The notes under the pieces are model-generated. The model searched no databases and was not told where the DNA came from. It saw only the letters and a list, made by a program, of their open reading frames with translations. Below are positions 61,593-64,000 of a stretch of 64,000 bases of DNA, piece after piece. The translations under genes were made by a program, and so were the position numbers. Source of the DNA: an uncultured Bacilli bacterium (GTDB taxonomy: Bacteria; Bacillota_I; Bacilli_A; RF39; UBA660); the NCBI GenBank assembly GCA_944363785.1, contig CALVVF010000002.1, positions 1,681 to 65,680 on the forward strand, given 5' to 3'. Position 1 is the first letter of the stretch; each line of letters opens with the position of its first letter.

Positions 61593-62537
61593 ATGAAGAA
61601 AGTATCAATTGTAGTACCGTGTTATAATGAAGAAGAATCTCTTCCTATATTTTATAAAACGATTCATGAAATTACGGAAGAATTAAAAAGTAAAGTAAGT
61701 TTTGAATTTATTTTAGTAGATGATGGTAGTCAAGATAAAACATTATCTTTATTGAAAGAACTAGCGAAGAAAGATAAAAGAGTCCGCTATATCTCTTTTT
61801 CTAGAAATTTTGGAAAAGAAGCGGCAATGTTAGCGGGGTTAGAACATGCAGAAGGGGATTATATTACCATTATGGATGCTGATTTACAGGATCCACCATC
61901 TTTATTAAAAGAAATGATCGAGACATTAGAAAGTGGAGAATATGATTGTGTAGCTACGAAAAGCACAAATCGTAAGGGATATTCATTTTTAAGAAAAACG
62001 TTTACTAAATGGTTCTATAGTATTATTAGTAAATTATCGAATATTGAATTAGTACCAGGAGCTAGAGACTTTAGATTAATGACTAGACAGATGGTAAATG
62101 CGATTATTTCTATGAAAGAGTACAATCGCTATTCTAAAGGACTATTTAGCTTTGTTGGGTTTAAAACTAAATGGATTGATTTTGAAATTGAAGAGAGAGT
62201 AGCAGGAACAACTAAGTGGAATTTTTGGAAATTATTTTCTTACGCAGTAGAAGGAATTGTTGCCTTTTCGACTACGCCTTTAGTGTTTGCTGCTTTAGTT
62301 GGTTTAATATTCTGTTTGATTTCATTTATCTTAATTGTTGTGATAATTGCCAAAACATTAATATGGGGAGATCCTGTTGGTGGCTGGCCTAGTATGACTT
62401 GTATTATGTTCTTTGTCGGTGGTATTCAATTATTCTGTACTGGAATTATCGGTGAATATTTAGCTAAAGCTTATTTAGAAACAAAGAAAAGACCAATTTA
62501 TATTATTAGAGAAACCGAAAAAGGAAAAGATGAATAA
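61593..62537 (+). CDS. GT2 polyprenyl-phosphate sugar synthase (GtrB/CsbB/DPM1-like) with two C-terminal TM helices.
   Basis: IVVPCYNEEES..VDDGSQD, DADLQDPP, and C-terminal TM segments LVFAALVGLIFCLISFILIVVII and MFFVGGIQLFCTGIIGEYL, typical of GtrB. Confidence 0.75.
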   Translation: MKKVSIVVPCYNEEESLPIFYKTIHEITEELKSKVSFEFILVDDGSQDKTLSLLKELAKKDKRVRYISFSRNFGKEAAMLAGLEHAEGDYITIMDADLQDPPSLLKEMIETLESGEYDCVATKSTNRKGYSFLRKTFTKWFYSIISKLSNIELVPGARDFRLMTRQMVNAIISMKEYNRYSKGLFSFVGFKTKWIDFEIEERVAGTTKWNFWKLFSYAVEGIVAFSTTPLVFAALVGLIFCLISFILIVVIIAKTLIWGDPVGGWPSMTCIMFFVGGIQLFCTGIIGEYLAKAYLETKKRPIYIIRETEKGKDE

Positions 62538-62540
62538 TCA

Positions 62541-62579
62541 AAAAGTAGCTTTGCATAAAAACTGTAAAGCTACTTTTTA
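62541..62579 (+). terminator. Rho-independent terminator after the GtrB-like gene.
   Basis: 11-bp stem AAAGTAGCTTT / AAAGCTACTTT followed by a T-run. Confidence 0.6.
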
Positions 62580-62650
62580 TATAGATAATTTTTTGACGAG
62601 AAACAGAAAACAAAGTATAATATAACTAGAAAAGAAATGGGGAATGAAGA

Positions 62651-64000
62651 ATGGTCGAGAAAAATATTCAAAATATTTTAGAATTTTGGAAAAACAATCC
62701 TGATGTTGATGTCAACGCAGAAGAAGCAGTAAGAATGTTTGTTGATGCGAATAATGAAATAAAAACATGTACTCCAGAACAAAAACAACAACTATTAAAA
62801 AGTGTAGAAGATTATTATAATGAAGTAAAAAATAAACTACTAAACAGAAATCTAGACATAACAGAAAGTACACCATTATTTCAATTGTTCGATCAATTAG
62901 TGAAAATGATTAAAGCTGAAAATGAAAGTATAGATAGCGAAACAAGAGACTATCTACGTACTTTAGCTTCCGCGTCTTTAAATATTTATCAAAATGATCG
63001 TAGTCGCCGTTTAGGGGATACAAGTGTTCAAAGACTTCATGCCAATGATACAGAAGTAAGTTTCTTGAATGAATTAAAAGAAAAAGTGTCGAAAAAGAAC
63101 TTAAATAGTGAACTCCTAAAGACTACAGAATTTTTATTTTCCCAAATCAGAGTTGCGAATAAATTTGATCAATTAGTAACCCCTGATCCTTCAATGGATT
63201 ATGCTGAAGCATTTAAACTTATAAGTTCTAGCCTTCAAGAAAATGATAATACTAGAAGACTATTAAAAGATAGAGTAATCAACTTAAATCGTTATTTAAC
63301 CGAACATCAAGATGTTGATATTAATGCTCGTGAAGTAACCGAAATTCTATTAGACAGTGCCAAAGTAATCCAAAAGGATCCAACTCACGAAAACAAAGAT
63401 ACCGTAGAAATTATTAATGGTATCGTCGATTTAACAAATACAGCGATAGCCAGATTAACTACTCGTGATCTCTTACTCCAAGAAAAAATGTCATTATGCT
63501 ATTTGCTCAATCAACTTGCTTCAAGTGCTATTTCAGGAACTCCAGCTGTAGATGAACAAGATGAAAAGTACATTAAAGATTTAGCAACGATCTCTTTGTA
63601 CATTAGACAAGAAGATAGAGAAAATCGTAGTAAATTAAATACTGGGCATAAAATTTACGACAACGAGAGTGAATATCAAACATTAAAATCTGAACGAGAA
63701 CAATATAAAAAGAACCATGATAAAGGGGTAATTGCGACTGTTACCGATTCCTTGTTTGCAGAAATTACCGTAGCCAAAAAAGAAAACAAAATTTATGGAT
63801 TCAACCTACCATTTCTTAAACCTGAATTAAAAAAAGTAGAAGTGACTAAAACAGATAATGTAGTTAATCACGAAGAGCAATCAGAAAAAGAAGAAGTAGA
63901 AAATAATCCCCCAAAAGAGGAAGAAAATAGTCAGAAACTTGATAAAAAAGAATTGAAAAAATTAATCAATGAATTAAAAGCAGAAACTTCTTTTATAAAA
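62651..64000 (+). CDS. Large hypothetical, mostly alpha-helical/coiled-coil protein (partial; it continues beyond the window end).
   Basis: Open frame with no stop from ATG 62651 to the window end (450 codons, hand-translated). Charged, helix-prone composition. Not in the ORF track because it runs off the edge. Confidence 0.4.
   Translation, partial: MVEKNIQNILEFWKNNPDVDVNAEEAVRMFVDANNEIKTCTPEQKQQLLKSVEDYYNEVKNKLLNRNLDITESTPLFQLFDQLVKMIKAENESIDSETRDYLRTLASASLNIYQNDRSRRLGDTSVQRLHANDTEVSFLNELKEKVSKKNLNSELLKTTEFLFSQIRVANKFDQLVTPDPSMDYAEAFKLISSSLQENDNTRRLLKDRVINLNRYLTEHQDVDINAREVTEILLDSAKVIQKDPTHENKDTVEIINGIVDLTNTAIARLTTRDLLLQEKMSLCYLLNQLASSAISGTPAVDEQDEKYIKDLATISLYIRQEDRENRSKLNTGHKIYDNESEYQTLKSEREQYKKNHDKGVIATVTDSLFAEITVAKKENKIYGFNLPFLKPELKKVEVTKTDNVVNHEEQSEKEEVENNPPKEEENSQKLDKKELKKLINELKAETSFIK

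Overview
This is an AT-rich (roughly 30% GC) low-GC Firmicutes chromosomal segment. Nearly all genes run on the + strand, with a handful of minus-strand genes. I found no rRNA, tRNA or CRISPR. The organism is probably a spore-forming Clostridia or Erysipelotrichaceae-like bacterium. That is an inference from a CotD-like coat protein, a C. difficile-type PPKTG sorting signal and LtaS.

Layout:
- 1-3400: the end of a mobile element. It carries a large serine recombinase that abuts a truncated NMT1/SsuA-like substrate-binding-protein gene.
- 3600-20850: housekeeping core. It holds an EEP hydrolase, ftsY, ylxM, a HerA/DUF87-like ATPase inserted before ffh, ffh, a CotD-like Cys/His-rich protein, rpoZ, recX, an XRE regulator, pcrA, a nucleotidyltransferase, a lipoprotein, ligA and gatCAB.
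- 20950-37300: cell-envelope block.
  - A membrane receptor with a degenerate GGDEF domain.
  - A YihY/BrkB protein, LtaS and a secreted protein.
  - A recent tandem duplication of a single-pass membrane protein gene.
  - An LCP-family protein.
  - A secreted glucosaminidase with a C-terminal dockerin-like module, followed by a Big/cadherin-like membrane-anchored protein.
  - A multi-PASTA membrane protein.
- 37450-55400: a large cell-wall glycopolymer locus.
  - A Wzy/O-antigen-ligase-like protein and a GT2.
  - Two large polytopic (GT-C-like) proteins, one fused to GtrA.
  - An FAD oxidoreductase.
  - A glycosyltransferase-methyltransferase-coiled-coil fusion.
  - A TagGH/Wzm-Wzt ABC exporter.
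  - Two paralogous bifunctional GT2-GT4 enzymes, another GT2, and galE.
- 55400-64000: an MtaD-like amidohydrolase (minus strand). Next is a large surface adhesin with a putative thioester domain, Cna-B/SpaA-type repeats and a PPKTG sorting signal. Then comes a second glycosyltransferase cluster (GT4, Alg14-like and Alg13-like pair, GtrB/CsbB-like GT2), and finally a partial large coiled-coil hypothetical protein.

The most interesting candidates are:
- An ABC-transporter-dependent glycopolymer pathway with a WbdD-like (methyltransferase plus coiled-coil) chain-terminator candidate.
- A dockerin-bearing peptidoglycan hydrolase paired with a membrane-anchored partner.
- The TED-like adhesin.
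- The mosaic tandem paralogs.
- The solitary HerA-like ATPase wedged into the SRP gene neighbourhood.
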